Origin: Neoconidiobolus thromboides FSU 785
Taxonomy: Eukaryota > Fungi > Entomophthoromycota
Assembly: GCA_025603075.1 (NCBI GenBank)
Contig: MU626329.1
Location: forward strand, 1-64,000
Length of the DNA: 64,000 nt
Direction: 5' to 3'
Shown here: positions 35,713 to 48,648 of the stretch, one piece after another
How the letters are laid out: each line of letters begins with the position of its first letter
Numbering within the stretch: position 1 is the first letter of the stretch
The notes under the pieces: model-generated
Databases searched by the model: none
The model's input: the letters and a program-made list of their open reading frames with translations, nothing else
What the model was told of the DNA's origin: nothing
Made by a program: the position numbers and the translations under genes

Positions 35713-36750
35713 ATGATTTTATCAATAGGACAAAGTATACAGGTGGTGGTGGCAGTTATAGGATTATTCTTAAATGTAATAGTTGGACTTGTTGTTAGTA
35801 TTGGCCTAGGTTTGAAATCAACTGATTTAATATTAATCTTCATTATTGCTCTTCTTGATTCTTACTATTACCTTCATAACATAGTGAGAATGATCTTAAT
35901 AGGAGTTGAATATTTAGTGGTAGACTCAAACAGATTAAACCCAGATCCTTCATGGTGGTGCCCTTTTGATGCTACAATTGATATGTCGCTTTATCTAGCT
36001 TGTATTGAATTAGTGGCCATCCTTAGTTTTATGCGATATTTAAGTATTTGTAGGAAAAAGAATCTGAGTCCCATTGTTTGGTATTCTATTGCTGCATTCT
36101 CTTTTTGTACCAATTTCATTTTTTCTTTAGTTTATATTGGTAATGGGTATTATAAGTGGTCTGTTACTGAATTAGTATGCGTTACAGGAAATGACCCTGA
36201 ATCTACTAATGTTGGTTACATTCGCTACTATAATTTTTGGTTCACTAGTTACACCGTACGGTCCTTTATTTCCCTTGTTATTATAGCATTTTCTTATTTC
36301 AATATGACTACTGTTTATTATGAGAAATTATCTTCATCAGGAGATATACTAATGAAAAACCAACTTAAATCTAAAGATGAAGACTTCAAGCCTCAGCATA
36401 CTTCGCAATATTTCAATACAAGTGGGATAGAAAATTATAATGTGCAAAGGAACCAAATTTATAAGCAAAAATGGTTCACAGTCCTAAAATTAATGGGTGC
36501 GATTCTTGCTTATTCTATTTGTTTAATTCCAGATATCACTTTTAACATCATTAGGTTGCTTCCAGATAGCTTCCCATACACAAACATAACTACCGACGTA
36601 TTCACAGCATCCAACTTACTTTTAAGTTGTTATGGGTTGGTTAATTCGCTTTTTGTATTACTTTCACATGATCCTTCTAAGCGATATCTCGCTTTTAAAT
36701 TAGAATGTTTTGTCAATAACGTTAAAGGATGCCTTGGTTTTGATTGTTGA
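35713..36750 (+). CDS. Class A-like 7TM receptor, clade B
   Basis: 345 aa intronless; GLFLN, ALLDS, WWCPFD, ILSFMRY, LVC, VRSF..FSY, CLIPD, LLSHDP. Confidence 0.9.
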   Translation: MILSIGQSIQVVVAVIGLFLNVIVGLVVSIGLGLKSTDLILIFIIALLDSYYYLHNIVRMILIGVEYLVVDSNRLNPDPSWWCPFDATIDMSLYLACIELVAILSFMRYLSICRKKNLSPIVWYSIAAFSFCTNFIFSLVYIGNGYYKWSVTELVCVTGNDPESTNVGYIRYYNFWFTSYTVRSFISLVIIAFSYFNMTTVYYEKLSSSGDILMKNQLKSKDEDFKPQHTSQYFNTSGIENYNVQRNQIYKQKWFTVLKLMGAILAYSICLIPDITFNIIRLLPDSFPYTNITTDVFTASNLLLSCYGLVNSLFVLLSHDPSKRYLAFKLECFVNNVKGCLGFDC

Positions 36751-38031
36751 AAGTTTAAAATAAAAGTATTAGATATGTCTTCTATCTACATATTATTTGT
36801 AATTGTTTAGACATTATTGAAGTTGATTTGGGTAAATTAAGAAATCACGTGTTTATATAGCTCAAAGATTTATACATGTGATGTTATAGCTCAGGTTCTC
36901 ATTTTACATCAAGTAAAATAAAGTAGTGCTATATCACTCATGAAAGAAACACTTATTCATAAAGCTTCCATGGTTATAAAATCTAGTACTTTGGTTCTAT
37001 TAATTAAAGAAGCATCCTTATAATAAGGCTATTTTTCCATGTATATTATTCATTTTGAACAAAAATATGCAAATGCTAACTTATAGTAATTATGCAATAT
37101 AAAAACCATGAATAGCTTTGGCTCACCAAAAAAATTTAATTATTCTAAGAAATTGTTATAATAACTATAATTTTAAAGTCATCCCATGATAAATGTATTT
37201 TGGATAAAACCAGATTTAGCGCCTTTATTACCATAATTATTCAATCTATATAAACACAAAGTATTGACGTTTTACATCTTTGTTCTTACTATACTCAAAA
37301 TAAGCTAAAACACCTTTTAGAAGCACCATGCACTATTATACATTTCATATGCAGAATATTTTCTTTGTAACTAGACATTCAAGCTAGTGTATTTTAATTT
37401 TTGCCACTTTAAACCACCACCAAAAGCTGTTCTATTTTATCAAACCAATGATAGTATAATATTAAATTTATCTTGAGATACAATTTGCTTCAGGATACCT
37501 TAACAAAATGGCCTTTATTTAGGCAAATCGTAAATTTTCGTAATCTAATAGTTTACGCAACTACTAATAATATACATAGTTTAAAATTTAATAAAGTATT
37601 TAGTATAAACTTTTACATATGTATATTAATTTACACTTATCTAATGCCATTCGAAATAGCTTTGATAAGTCACCCAGTTATACAAAATATGAAGGTCTAA
37701 AATCCGCTATTTACGCCCAATATGAGGATACCTTTTAAACTTTAATTGTGTAGCAGTTTACCGCTCATTTTAAAACATAAAAATAGAGAACTAAGCTACT
37801 ATCCAGTATAGATAACAAATCATTGATTATAAAAACTACTGGTAATTGATACACAATTAAAGTTAAAGAGCTGGAGAATAAATAATATGAATATGAAACT
37901 GAGTTATGATATAAAAAGAATAAAGTGTAAATAAAAACCACGAATATTTTTTTGTTTTTACTTGTTTTACTACATTTGAATATCACAATTAAAACTTACC
38001 TGGCCTATTAATATTCAACTCAAAGCTCTAA

Positions 38032-39078
38032 ATGATATTGACTACAGGACAGTGCTTACAGTTAGCTATAGCAATAATAGGACTTGTTTTAAATATAGCG
38101 GTGGGCCTTGTTGTTGGCTTTGGTTTAAAATTAAAGAGCCCAGATTTAAAGCTAATGCTAGTTATGTCAATATTGGACACTTATTATTATATTCATAATA
38201 TAGTGAGGATAAGTTTAATAAGTTTGGAATATTTAATGGTTGACACGATAGATTTAAATCCTGCACCACTGTGGTGGTGTCGTTTTGATGCTACCATTGA
38301 TATGGCGTTGTATTTAGTATGTATTGAATTGGTAGCCACCCTTAGCTTTATGCGCTATTTAAACATATGTAGGAAGGTAGATATAAAGCCAACTAGATGG
38401 TACTTAATTGGGCTCTTTTCTTTTATTTCCAATTTTTCGTTCTCGTTGATATATATTTATAATGGTTATTACAAATGGTCGTCAACAAAGTTGGTTTGCA
38501 TTGTTGCTGAAAATCCCAATAACAATTTAACCTTTAAAAATTACTATTACTTTTGGGTATCAAATTATCTATTTCGTTCTTTATTATCACTCCTTATCAT
38601 TTCTTTTACTTACTTCAGCATGACAAAAAAATATTTTGAGATAATATCATCAAGAGATGGTTTGTTTAAAGCTCAAGGGAGTTATAGTACTGAAAGGTTA
38701 AGCCATATACATGATAGTTCTCAATATTTACATACAGGTGTAAATGAAACCTATAGCTTGAAAGGTCCAAATTTATTTAAGCAAAAATTATTTACAATAA
38801 TGAAGCTTTTCGGCGCTATATTTGCTTACACCATATGTATTACACCAGATATTGTCCTAAATATACTAAGTCTTCTTCCAGGTGGGTTGGAGGGTTTTGG
38901 TGTAGATATTAGTCTTTCTGTATTTTCTAACCTTTTGTTAAGTTGCTATGGAATAATCAATGCTTTGTTTGTTTTGCTTTCCCATGATCCCTCAAAGCGA
39001 TATATTTATAATCAAATAGAGTACTTTGTGAAAGGCACCAAATCCTACAATAACCATCAGACTTTGATTCATCAATAG
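38032..39078 (+). CDS. Class A-like 7TM receptor, clade B
   Basis: 348 aa; WWCRFD, TLSFMRY, CITPD, LLSHDP. Confidence 0.9.
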   Translation: MILTTGQCLQLAIAIIGLVLNIAVGLVVGFGLKLKSPDLKLMLVMSILDTYYYIHNIVRISLISLEYLMVDTIDLNPAPLWWCRFDATIDMALYLVCIELVATLSFMRYLNICRKVDIKPTRWYLIGLFSFISNFSFSLIYIYNGYYKWSSTKLVCIVAENPNNNLTFKNYYYFWVSNYLFRSLLSLLIISFTYFSMTKKYFEIISSRDGLFKAQGSYSTERLSHIHDSSQYLHTGVNETYSLKGPNLFKQKLFTIMKLFGAIFAYTICITPDIVLNILSLLPGGLEGFGVDISLSVFSNLLLSCYGIINALFVLLSHDPSKRYIYNQIEYFVKGTKSYNNHQTLIHQ

Positions 39079-40529
39079 GCTATTGTATATTAATTTAAAA
39101 TTTTAGTATTAGAACTTCAGAAAGTTTAATTAATTCAAATATACTATAAATCACAAATAAAATTACACATATCTTCTTGATTTAAAACTTTGAAATATCT
39201 ACTCATCATAGCCATTAGTTTTATGTTATATACTATATATATTCCATATAGCTAATTAAAAAGCACTTTTAATCAAATATTCAAAGGTATATAATGAGAA
39301 GGATATGGTGATATAGAAAAGCGGTAAAGCCTATTTACAACGATGTTGGGCTATAAAAGTAATACAAGTGTTATTTTGATAAATATTAACGTTAAATTTA
39401 ACCCACATTCTATCAACTATTGTTAATATTCTGTTTACTAATAGAATATATTACCTGAATATGGCAATGTTTGTTGTTAACAGCGTGCTTTTTTATTACC
39501 GTAGAGTGTATTATATTATCCTGATTTTTGAGATAGAGATTAGACAAAATGAATATTTAGTAAATATTCAACAAGTTTAATGTAATTCTAAATTATTTAC
39601 TCAAATTTTTTGATTGAAATATGGGATAAGATTCATTCCGAAATTTTTTTATTTAGTGCTCTTGTTCACTTTTAATGTAGTATAAAATTCAGAAGAAATC
39701 AGTTAAATACTGAAACAAAAAGGCATTCATATATAATTGCAATGTTAAAATTAATTCATTAATTATTAATCATTTTAAATTTTCGTATATTCTTAAGCAT
39801 TTAATAATCCTAACAAATAAATAAATAAAAATAAAAACATAATACTACTTATAGAATATAACCCATTATTTTTTATAGTATTGCATCTTCAGCTGTGGTT
39901 ATTTTCGTTTCAGTTTAATAATAAATTAGTCATTTCCATATATTTGTTTATTTTCTAGATAAATCTCAAGTGGTAAGGATATAAAATTGTAATAGAGATA
40001 AATTTTTACAGCAAAAATATATTTGTCTTTGAACAAAGTAAACCATTATTCATTCAGATAAGAATTTGGTTTTTTTTAGTATAAAAAATAACCATGCATA
40101 TAGGATTGCCTTATAGTTTATTATACATTAGCCCAGCTATGACTCAAAAGCTATAAGCATGTACTTTAGTAATAACTTAAGTGTATTTAGATCCAAAATT
40201 GACTCTTGGCTAAACGAAGGTAACAATCCTGAAAGCAACCACATCAGGGTATCTTTAAAGCTGTATTTTAAGCACAAGGCCTTAGACTACTTGGTCGAGT
40301 TTACTTTTTAATTATGAAGATAGGACTTAGATTTCAAAAAAATACTATAGCAAAAAATGGTTAAATCTGTACTTAAATTTTATATCAAAAATAATATAAT
40401 GAATTTTATCTATAAACTAAAGGGCGGAGACTAAAAACATAGCTATAAACTGGATCTATCCACTAATTTATACATACTTTTCTTAACTAGAGTTTTTATA
40501 ATTCTATTACATAAAACTTTCAAACATAT

Positions 40530-40627
40530 GGGGGTGTTTTTTTGATTTCCTCACTTTCTCTATCTTTTAAGCATTATTTGAGCGAAAAATTCATTAGTAA
40601 AATTCTTAAACATAAAAATACATCCTC
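40530..40627 (-). mobile_element. MITE copy
   Basis: Flanks ATAT/GTAT. Confidence 0.85.
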
Positions 40628-41187
40628 GTATTTTTGTGATAACATAATCATAACAATGATACTTTATACTATTTTTTGAGGCTGTCAATTCATCATAAAA
40701 ACCATGATCCTTTAGATGGTGTTCTCGTTATACAAATATATAGACTCGTGGATTCTTTAAAGCGCCATATTTCTAGAATAGTAATTGTTGGTTAAAACAA
40801 TAACATTGAATATAATATTACATATTTTTAATAAAGTTATGTCGCTGAAACTTTTTATTTTTGTTAAATTCACCAATAAAAAAGTGGCTCGATAGTACTT
40901 AAAAAGAATTGAAAAGAACACTATCTTAAGAAGAGGAATAAGAGGCAGGTGACAAAGCAAAAATATATTATAAACGGACATAATCTATAGATTATTGCAA
41001 AAAAAGGAAGACACTTAATTCAAAGAGGCATATTTAAAATAAGAAAATTAATAGAATAGCATATTTGTGATTTAAATAAAGGGTAATTTTAAACTTTAAT
41101 TCATTTTTGATGAATATATAAAGGAAACTTCAGATTTTTTGTTAAACAATTTTTAGATTAATTTATTTTTAACTATTTAATTTAAAA

Positions 41188-42216
41188 ATGGAGATGCTTA
41201 GTGGTCAGATAGCAATGATAATAGCCTCAGTTATTGGGCTAGTTCTAAACTTGTTAGTAGGAGCGATTGTCACTATTGGTTTACAATTAAAAAGTATCGA
41301 CTTAAAAATGATAGCGATCATTTCACTCACCGATATCATTTTTTATTTTTGGAATATACTAAGGGTTATTCTTAACAGTACAAATTTAGTACCAATAGCA
41401 TTTGATATTTTACACCAAACCCCTACCTGGTGGTGCCCATTAGATTTTGTTATTACTATGACCTGCTTAGGCACGTCAGTGGAATTAGTTGCAATTCTAG
41501 GGCTGATTCGCTATACAAAAATTTGTTGCCAAAAGGAATTACCTTCATACGTCTGGTATGGTCTAGTAGTTTTGTCATTTTCGCTATCGATAGCCTTAGC
41601 GTTAGGAAATGAATATTATGGGTACTATTTTTGGTCAAGGACTCAAATGTTTTGCTTGGTAGCGATAAATACTAATATAGCAGAGGGATTGTTAAATTAC
41701 CAATATTATTTGATTTTTTATTGTTTTTATGCTATTAGAAGTATTATTGCTTTAGTTATTATTGCATTTTGCTATTTCAAAGTTACTACTGTCTATCGCC
41801 AAGCCCTTAAATCAACAATAACTATTAATTTGAAGAAGAAAACTCAATTATCTGACAGTATAATTAATCAAAATAATGATTCGGAATTCATTCCAAGTAA
41901 AGATAGCGTAGAAACATTTGAAAGTGAAAGTCCGGAAGAAACTGCAATAATGCATCGCAGCCACAATCTAAAAATAAATCGTAATTTTGCTACTATTAAA
42001 ATGATGAGTGCAAGTTTAGCATATATGATTTGCTTGTTACCTGATGTTATCCTTACTATTCTTGATCTTGGTTTTGATTCATACCCTGGCCCTTCTGTAG
42101 CGACTGCTTCTAATGTCTTACTTTGTTTTACAGGAGTAGTGTCTGCTCTCTTTGTCCTCTTATCTCATGCTCCTTCACGAGAATTTCTTGTGAGACATGT
42201 TAGATCAATGTTTTAG
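41188..42216 (+). CDS. Class A-like 7TM receptor, clade B
   Basis: 342 aa; WWCPLD, ILGLIRY, MFC, CLLPD, LLSHAP. Confidence 0.9.
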   Translation: MEMLSGQIAMIIASVIGLVLNLLVGAIVTIGLQLKSIDLKMIAIISLTDIIFYFWNILRVILNSTNLVPIAFDILHQTPTWWCPLDFVITMTCLGTSVELVAILGLIRYTKICCQKELPSYVWYGLVVLSFSLSIALALGNEYYGYYFWSRTQMFCLVAINTNIAEGLLNYQYYLIFYCFYAIRSIIALVIIAFCYFKVTTVYRQALKSTITINLKKKTQLSDSIINQNNDSEFIPSKDSVETFESESPEETAIMHRSHNLKINRNFATIKMMSASLAYMICLLPDVILTILDLGFDSYPGPSVATASNVLLCFTGVVSALFVLLSHAPSREFLVRHVRSMF

Positions 42217-42662
42217 ATAAAAATTGAAATAATATTTTTTCTTATAGTAACTATCTCTTTACTTTTTTTTCTAGGCTATCATAAAGTTACAATATTAATC
42301 TAATGAAAAACCCCAATTATTTCACTTATATCAGATTAATAAAGATTATCAACTTATTTCTATTAATGTATAATTAATGTTTTTCTTCATAGTATTAGAA
42401 ATTAGTTGGAACAATTTGAGATAAATCACCTGTTTTTTATTCTCATGAGTTTTTCCTCCAAAATAATTAATAAGGTAAAATGCTTAATGTGTAAAAGGTG
42501 ATATCAAACTATAATACAACAAATTTTTACGTGGTAGACTACATTAGTCAAAAACTTTGGATGCAAATGCCCTACCATGATATTTTTATTGTACTAAAAC
42601 CCATAATAGCATCTATTATGTATCATGTGTTTTTGTGTGTATGCAATTTAAGGTTTTGATAT

Positions 42663-42753
42663 GGGGATGTCTTTGTTTAAGAATTTTACTAAAAAATCCT
42701 GCTCAATAGCACTTTAAAAAGGTAAAATAGTTGAAACCTAAAAGGACACCCCC
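42663..42753 (+). mobile_element. MITE copy
   Basis: ATAT on both sides. Confidence 0.8.
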
Positions 42754-43607
42754 ATATTTATCTTTGAGCATTTAGGGTCATAAGCTTCAAATAAAAATTA
42801 ATTTTCAAAAATTACCATCATTAGCAATTTAGATAAAAAATATATATCTATTTAGTATTTATTGCTAATTCTTTAAAAGTTTTTTAAACCTAAAGTATAA
42901 AAACATCATAAATATGTATTTAATTTAGATTATAAATATATGGCCCTTTCAATGATATGTTTATCGCATAATAAGTACTTATTGTATAACACTAAAATAT
43001 AAATAACGTACAAATTAATCATCTGACCCCTTTAATCATTTGATCCGTACTGCCAAATTTACTGAATTTTTTGAAACCAAAATTTTCAATATAATAAGCT
43101 GGTGAATTAGTATAATGTTAATGTTCAAACATATATAAAGAAAGAAAGAAATATTACGATCTATTAAGAAAATTATATTTATAGCTTAGATACTTGCTGT
43201 TAACCATCGTTAGAATCATTTTGAAATTTAGCAATAATTGGTCAAGAAGGATAAGGTTTTGTAAAATTGAAGTTATTTAAAAATCAATGTTTCAGGAATT
43301 AAAATACTATACAATATAATGTAATATTGTATTGTATGTGCTAAATAGCTCTGCTCTATAGTTTTATTTTTACTAACAAAGATTCTTCACTAAATATCCT
43401 TATTGTTGTTTTATTTAACTTCATGCGAAAATACTCAAAACTTAGAATTAAATGATTAAAGAGACCAAAAAGATTAATTTGTACATTATTCAAATTTGTT
43501 GTAAGTTTTGAATTTCATTTAATTTTTTTACCTTTTTTCATTATAAACACTTTAAAATAAGCCCATTATTAATAATAAACATTTTAATAAATTAATAGAA
43601 ATTATAT

Positions 43608-43705
43608 GAGGATATATTTTTGTATTTAAGAGTTTTACCAACAATTTTACACTCAAATAGCGCTTAAAAGATGGAAAAAGTAATGAAGCCAAAAAAATCA
43701 TTCTC
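43608..43705 (+). mobile_element. MITE copy
   Basis: AAATAGCGCTTAAAAGATGG core; ends diverged. Confidence 0.8.
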
Positions 43706-43988
43706 GTAGAATCTTTTAAATTTTCTAAATGAATTCAACTCAAATTATGACATTCAAATAGGTATAACTACATTCTATCTATCGGTTAATTAAGAATATA
43801 CCACTTTTATATATATTTTAACCTTGGTAACTAACAAATGGCTTCCGCCTTGTCTCTTAGTCCTGCATTGTTTTAGCTTCATTAACAGAGAACATTTGCA
43901 AGCCTTCAACTTTCCACTTTAAAATAATCTTATTGAATCTATAGATTTTAAATAAAAATTATATAATTTAATTAGACAAACTAAAGGG

Positions 43989-44070
43989 GTCAATTTGGCC
44001 GAGCGGTCTAAGGCGTTGCACTTAAGATGCAATCTCGAGAGAGGCGTGGGTTCGAACCCCACAGTTGACA
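43989..44070 (+). tRNA. tRNA-Leu(TAA)
   Basis: Acceptor stem GTCAATT/AGTTGAC, anticodon loop CTTAAGA, long variable arm. Confidence 0.95.
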
Positions 44071-44253
44071 TAATATTTTATATTGTCTATTTTAATACTA
44101 GTTATGTATTAAAGCCACTAATAACTGACCGATATAATAATATGAGAAAAGATAGTGCTAATTTTAAAAATTATTCTTCATATTTCTTTATTAAAATAAA
44201 TTTTATTCTGAATATATATATAAGAGAAGAGTGTATCCTTTAGAAATAAAAGA

Positions 44254-45276
44254 TTAAAGTAAAGAATTTGTTGAAAAGATCTTATCAAAAGTATTAAAAA
44301 AATAGGTCCTAGTTGGAGCATGAGAAAATAACACGAATAGGGCAGAAACAATACCAGTGCAGCTACATAATGAATTGATTGCCGTTTTTGCACCAGTACT
44401 AAAGCTGACTCCCAGTACTAATACTGTAAAGGTTTGAATTGCATCGGGTAATAAACATAGAACATAAGCTAAAGTTGGTGCTATTAATTTTAACATTTGA
44501 ACTGCTCTTTTTATTCTACTACTTGTAGAACATTGGTTAATTATTCTTATATTTTGATTATTATCTTCAACGTTTAGATCTTCTTTAAATTGTGAATAAT
44601 CTAATCTATTATGGTTGCCTTGACTTGAATGTGTTAAGGATTGTCTTATTACCTTGCGATAGGCTCTAGATATACTAAAATAACAAAACGTAATTATAGA
44701 TAATGAGATCAAATATCTTATCACAAAAATAACAAAGTAGATGTCATAATATAAGACATTACTTAATTGGTTAGGATCTTCAGGGCCGGATGGTGTATAT
44801 GTAGTTGGTAAACAGTACATTTTCGTTGCTGACCAGCCATAATAGCCGTAGTAATGATGAATCGAAACTAACGTAAAAGAAAGTGAAACTAAAAATAAGG
44901 CCATACTATAAAATACGTAATTTGGTATTGGTCTATTTACAAAAATTTTGCAGTATCTCATTAAACTCAATACTGCAACTAAATCAATAGATAGCTCTAA
45001 TGTTGGTAAGGTTATAGTCACATCATAAATACACCACCATTTTGGTATTTGAATTAATGAATCGCTATTTACTAGTATTATATCGCTATTTGATAGTATA
45101 GTCCTTAATATATTGTTTGAATAATAAACAATATCATTTAAGGCGATGATTAAAACCAATATTAAATCGGAGTTGCTTAATTTTAAACCTATAGCAACAA
45201 TTGAACCAACTAACAAATTCAATATCAAACCTATCATAGATATTATTACTAACACAATTTGACCTAGATGTAGCAT
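44254..45276 (-). CDS. Class A-like 7TM receptor, clade B
   Basis: 340 aa; WWCIYD, VLSLMRY, MYC, CLLPD, LFSHAP. Confidence 0.9.
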   Translation of the reverse strand: MLHLGQIVLVIISMIGLILNLLVGSIVAIGLKLSNSDLILVLIIALNDIVYYSNNILRTILSNSDIILVNSDSLIQIPKWWCIYDVTITLPTLELSIDLVAVLSLMRYCKIFVNRPIPNYVFYSMALFLVSLSFTLVSIHHYYGYYGWSATKMYCLPTTYTPSGPEDPNQLSNVLYYDIYFVIFVIRYLISLSIITFCYFSISRAYRKVIRQSLTHSSQGNHNRLDYSQFKEDLNVEDNNQNIRIINQCSTSSRIKRAVQMLKLIAPTLAYVLCLLPDAIQTFTVLVLGVSFSTGAKTAINSLCSCTGIVSALFVLFSHAPTRTYFFNTFDKIFSTNSLL

Positions 45277-47498
45277 TATATATCGTATATAAATTTTAAA
45301 AAAAGTGAAAAGTAAAAATAAAATATTTTGCTTATTTTATATTTTAAATACTTAGCGAACCTCAACTGGTTTTTTGGTCATCAAGTCATATGAACAGAAA
45401 TTTGTATCTTCACTAGAATAATTTTTAATCAAATAAGAGTACTATTATTGGAGAAAGTTATAAGCTTATTAAATTTTGATGTATAATATTACTTCATTCT
45501 ATCAGCTATTTGATATATATTATTATGCTTATAAACGAAAGTACAGCATTAATTTTACAGCAAATTTTTTAATTGTTTATACAGATTTAGAAGTAACTTA
45601 CTAATTTACTCAATTAATCTTTAAAAAAAGAAATTTGAAAATAGCCATTTTTGCACATCAAATAAATTGAATTTCGAAAATCTGGATAATATTTCATTAA
45701 AAGATCATAATAAACATTGACCATATTCACCTTAATTTTCTATCATTAAATTAAGCATTGTCATAAATTTACCAAAGCACACTAATCTAAAACCTTGAAT
45801 TCAGCTGACATGATATTGAAGTTTATTCTATTAAAGCTCACCAGTTTATCACTTTTAGTAATAAATGCAACCCATTATGTTCTTTGAAATTGAGTCATGC
45901 AATGGAGTTATCTAAATTTATATTATACAGTAGGGATATGAAATGTTAAATTTATTAAACAAGATATTATCGAAATCAAAAGAGGTGGAAGTAAATATAT
46001 AATTTTAGAAAATATACTAACTTTTTCATCTACTTTTATAATAATATTTTATTATTTTATTATATGAATTTTGAACCCATTTCAAGCATTAAATTTTAAT
46101 AATTAAAAGTTTCTATCTTTAAAATAATCAAATATTGAGAAGCACTTAAGATATATAAATATATTATTTCATAAATTATCATATTACGGTTCCTTATTAG
46201 TTCCTGCTTTTATATTTTACATAAGGTTAAGTCAATATTTTATACAATTTGTAAAATTCTAATTTCTTTTACGTTTTAGTAAATTTACCATTAATATACT
46301 TTTTTGAAATATTCTAATTTTATATATTTATCCTATATAATAAGTTATTAATAAATGTATTAATAATATAAAAATCAAGTTGAATTTATATAATCAAAAA
46401 ACTAATACAATTTGAATGAGTTTCTTAAATTGTTTCAATTTTAAAAATGGTCTAAAAGTATATATTTAAGTCCAGACTTCTAAGGTGCAAAAAGTATTAA
46501 AACATTAGTGGTTTTTTCGGCAATTACAGTTGTTCAACCTAAATAAGCCTTAACTCAATTTGATTTTTTATATTACCTGCTATTCTAATGAATATCTCTT
46601 CTCTTCATCTTTTACAGATTTATGATAAGAAATCACTGGGTAAGTTTTTAAGTAAACTAGCTTTTTAGATATTTATGAAATTTATAAAAATTATTTATAG
46701 TTTAATAAAGCCGCTTTTAAGACCCGCTACAGTCAAAATAATATATAAGCTTTGGAGTGTCAGGATTAAAATAAGGCGTGTGGGTATCTTCACTTATAAA
46801 GATTCTACAAAAGATAAAGGCTCCAATTGATCGGTACCTCACTTTTGCGTTGGATGGTACATATATTGAAAAAAAAGGTGTTTGTTGAGGGATCAGGCGG
46901 CTAGGCATAAATACTTCAGATATTAAAGCTCTATACAAATGACTCATTAGCCCTTTTCAAAAATATATCCTCATTCTATAAACTACTTACTCATAATAGT
47001 GAGTTTATTTTAAAAAAAAGATATGAGAGCGTTTATTTTAAAATCTTGAAAGGTCAAGGCCCCAAGTGTTTCATTTATCAACATAAAAAATTATATACAG
47101 AGATAACGCTCCAGGGACAATATGAGGATTCATTTTTTTGATTATTCTTTCCTTTTTTATAATATAGAATTAAAAAATTGTCAGCTAAATGCTTAAATAA
47201 AAAAGATATTACTATTTTAAAACTAAAGTTCTTGTAAAATTCGTGTAGTTTAACTTCAATTAACTTAAATTACATTGTAACCGTTTAAAATTTAATTTCC
47301 TCCTATTTTGATTAAAAAATCCTTATACAAATATAACGCCATTTGTTATCTAATTCAATAGAAATAAAGATTTGAACCGTTAGGATTATTAATGATGTTT
47401 TTTTGAAATGAACAGCTACTTACAATAATTGTTTTCAAATGATATGACTATTTTTAAAATATTAATACAGTTTAACAGTATTACACAATACAATGTAT

Positions 47499-47592
47499 GA
47501 GGATACTTTTTTAGCTAAGAATTATATCAATAACTTTTCTATTCGATAACAGGTTAAAAACAGAAGAAGCAATGAAGTCAAAGAACATGCTC
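47499..47592 (+). mobile_element. MITE copy, highly degenerate
   Basis: GAGGATAC...AATGAAGTCAAAGAACATGCTC with consensus spacing. Confidence 0.55.
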
Positions 47593-47731
47593 ATCTTATA
47601 GTTTAGAGTTTTTAATATAACTACCAAAACACTATAAATCAAATTAGATGATCAATAATACAAAATCATAAAAATACGTAAAAAGTAAATGTTTAAGAAA
47701 CTTTATTAAAGAAAAGAAGGGTTTAAATAAT

Positions 47732-48508
47732 CTAAAGGTCTAAATCTAAAGCTGGATAAGTCTCTTTCTTTGAGTCATCCTTCTTAGATTCGTCTTTCTT
47801 TGGTTCATCTTTCTTTGGTTCATCTTTCTTTGGTTCATCTTTCTTTGGTTCTTCTACTTTAGGTCCATCCTTTTTAGGTTCTTCTACCTTAGGTTCATCT
47901 TTTTTTGGTTCATCTTTCTTTGGTTCATCTTTCTTTGGCTCGTCTTTCTTTGGTTCATCTACTTTAGGTTCATCTTTCTTAGGTTCATCCTTTTTAGGTT
48001 CATCCTTTTTAGGTTCATCATCCTTCTTTGGTTCATCTTTCTTTGGTTCATCTTTCTTAGGTTCATCATCCTTCTTAGGTTCATCNNNNNNNNNNNNNNN
48101 NNNNNNNNNNNNNNNNNNNNNNNNNNNNNNNNNNNNNNNNNNNNNNNNNNNNNNNNNNNNNNNNNNNNNNNNNNNNNNNNNNNNNTCATCCTTCTTAGGT
48201 TCATCATCCTTCTTAGGTTCATCCTTCTTAGGTTCATCATCCTTCTTTGGTTCATCCTTCTTAGGTTCGTCATCCTTCTTTGGTTCATCTTTCTTTGGTT
48301 CATCTTTCTTTGGTTCATCTTTCTTTGGTTCATCAGGTTTACCAGTTGGACCACCAGTTCCAGCTTCACAAGTACCAGTTACAGTAGTAGTAACTTCAAC
48401 AGTTTTTACAGTACGAGTAATAGTTTCAGTAACAGTTTTACATTTTTCGGCACTGATTAAGCTAATTCCAGCTAATAAAAATAAGGCAACTGGTAAACTG
48501 TATTTCAT
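47732..48508 (-). CDS. Secreted protein with (D)DEPKK tandem repeats; contains an assembly gap
   Basis: Signal peptide MKYSLPVALFLLAGISLISA, a Cys-flanked Thr-rich segment, then more than 25 DEPKK-type units. Confidence 0.85.
   Translation of the reverse strand: MKYSLPVALFLLAGISLISAEKCKTVTETITRTVKTVEVTTTVTGTCEAGTGGPTGKPDEPKKDEPKKDEPKKDEPKKDDEPKKDEPKKDDEPKKDEPKKDDEPKKDXXXXXXXXXXXXXXXXXXXXXXXXXXXXXXXXXXDEPKKDDEPKKDEPKKDEPKKDDEPKKDEPKKDEPKKDEPKVDEPKKDEPKKDEPKKDEPKKDEPKVEEPKKDGPKVEEPKKDEPKKDEPKKDEPKKDESKKDDSKKETYPALDLDL
48086..48185. other. Assembly gap (100 N)
   Basis: Run of 100 N inside the repeat gene; true length unknown. Confidence 1.
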
Positions 48509-48648
48509 TTTTTAAAGTGTTCTAAAACTTAAAAGTAATAATAAAGTGGTTTAATATAATTTAGTATAATAAAAGATTAATGGGTTTTATTTAGTTTTTA
48601 TATTATTTGATATCCTATTGATCTTCTATCGTATATTTTGAAAATTAA

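Noticed and set aside
40159-40311. 50-aa ORF faintly like a retrotransposon gag (WLNEGNNPESNHIR..ALDYL)
   Set aside because: Too short, with no LTR or pol sequence nearby.
43995-44243. 82-aa ORF starting MAERSKALHLRCN
   Set aside because: It is a translation of tRNA-Leu(TAA).
47959-48369. MNQRK/MNLRR repeat ORF
   Set aside because: Alternate frame of the DEPKK gene, with no signal peptide or independent support.
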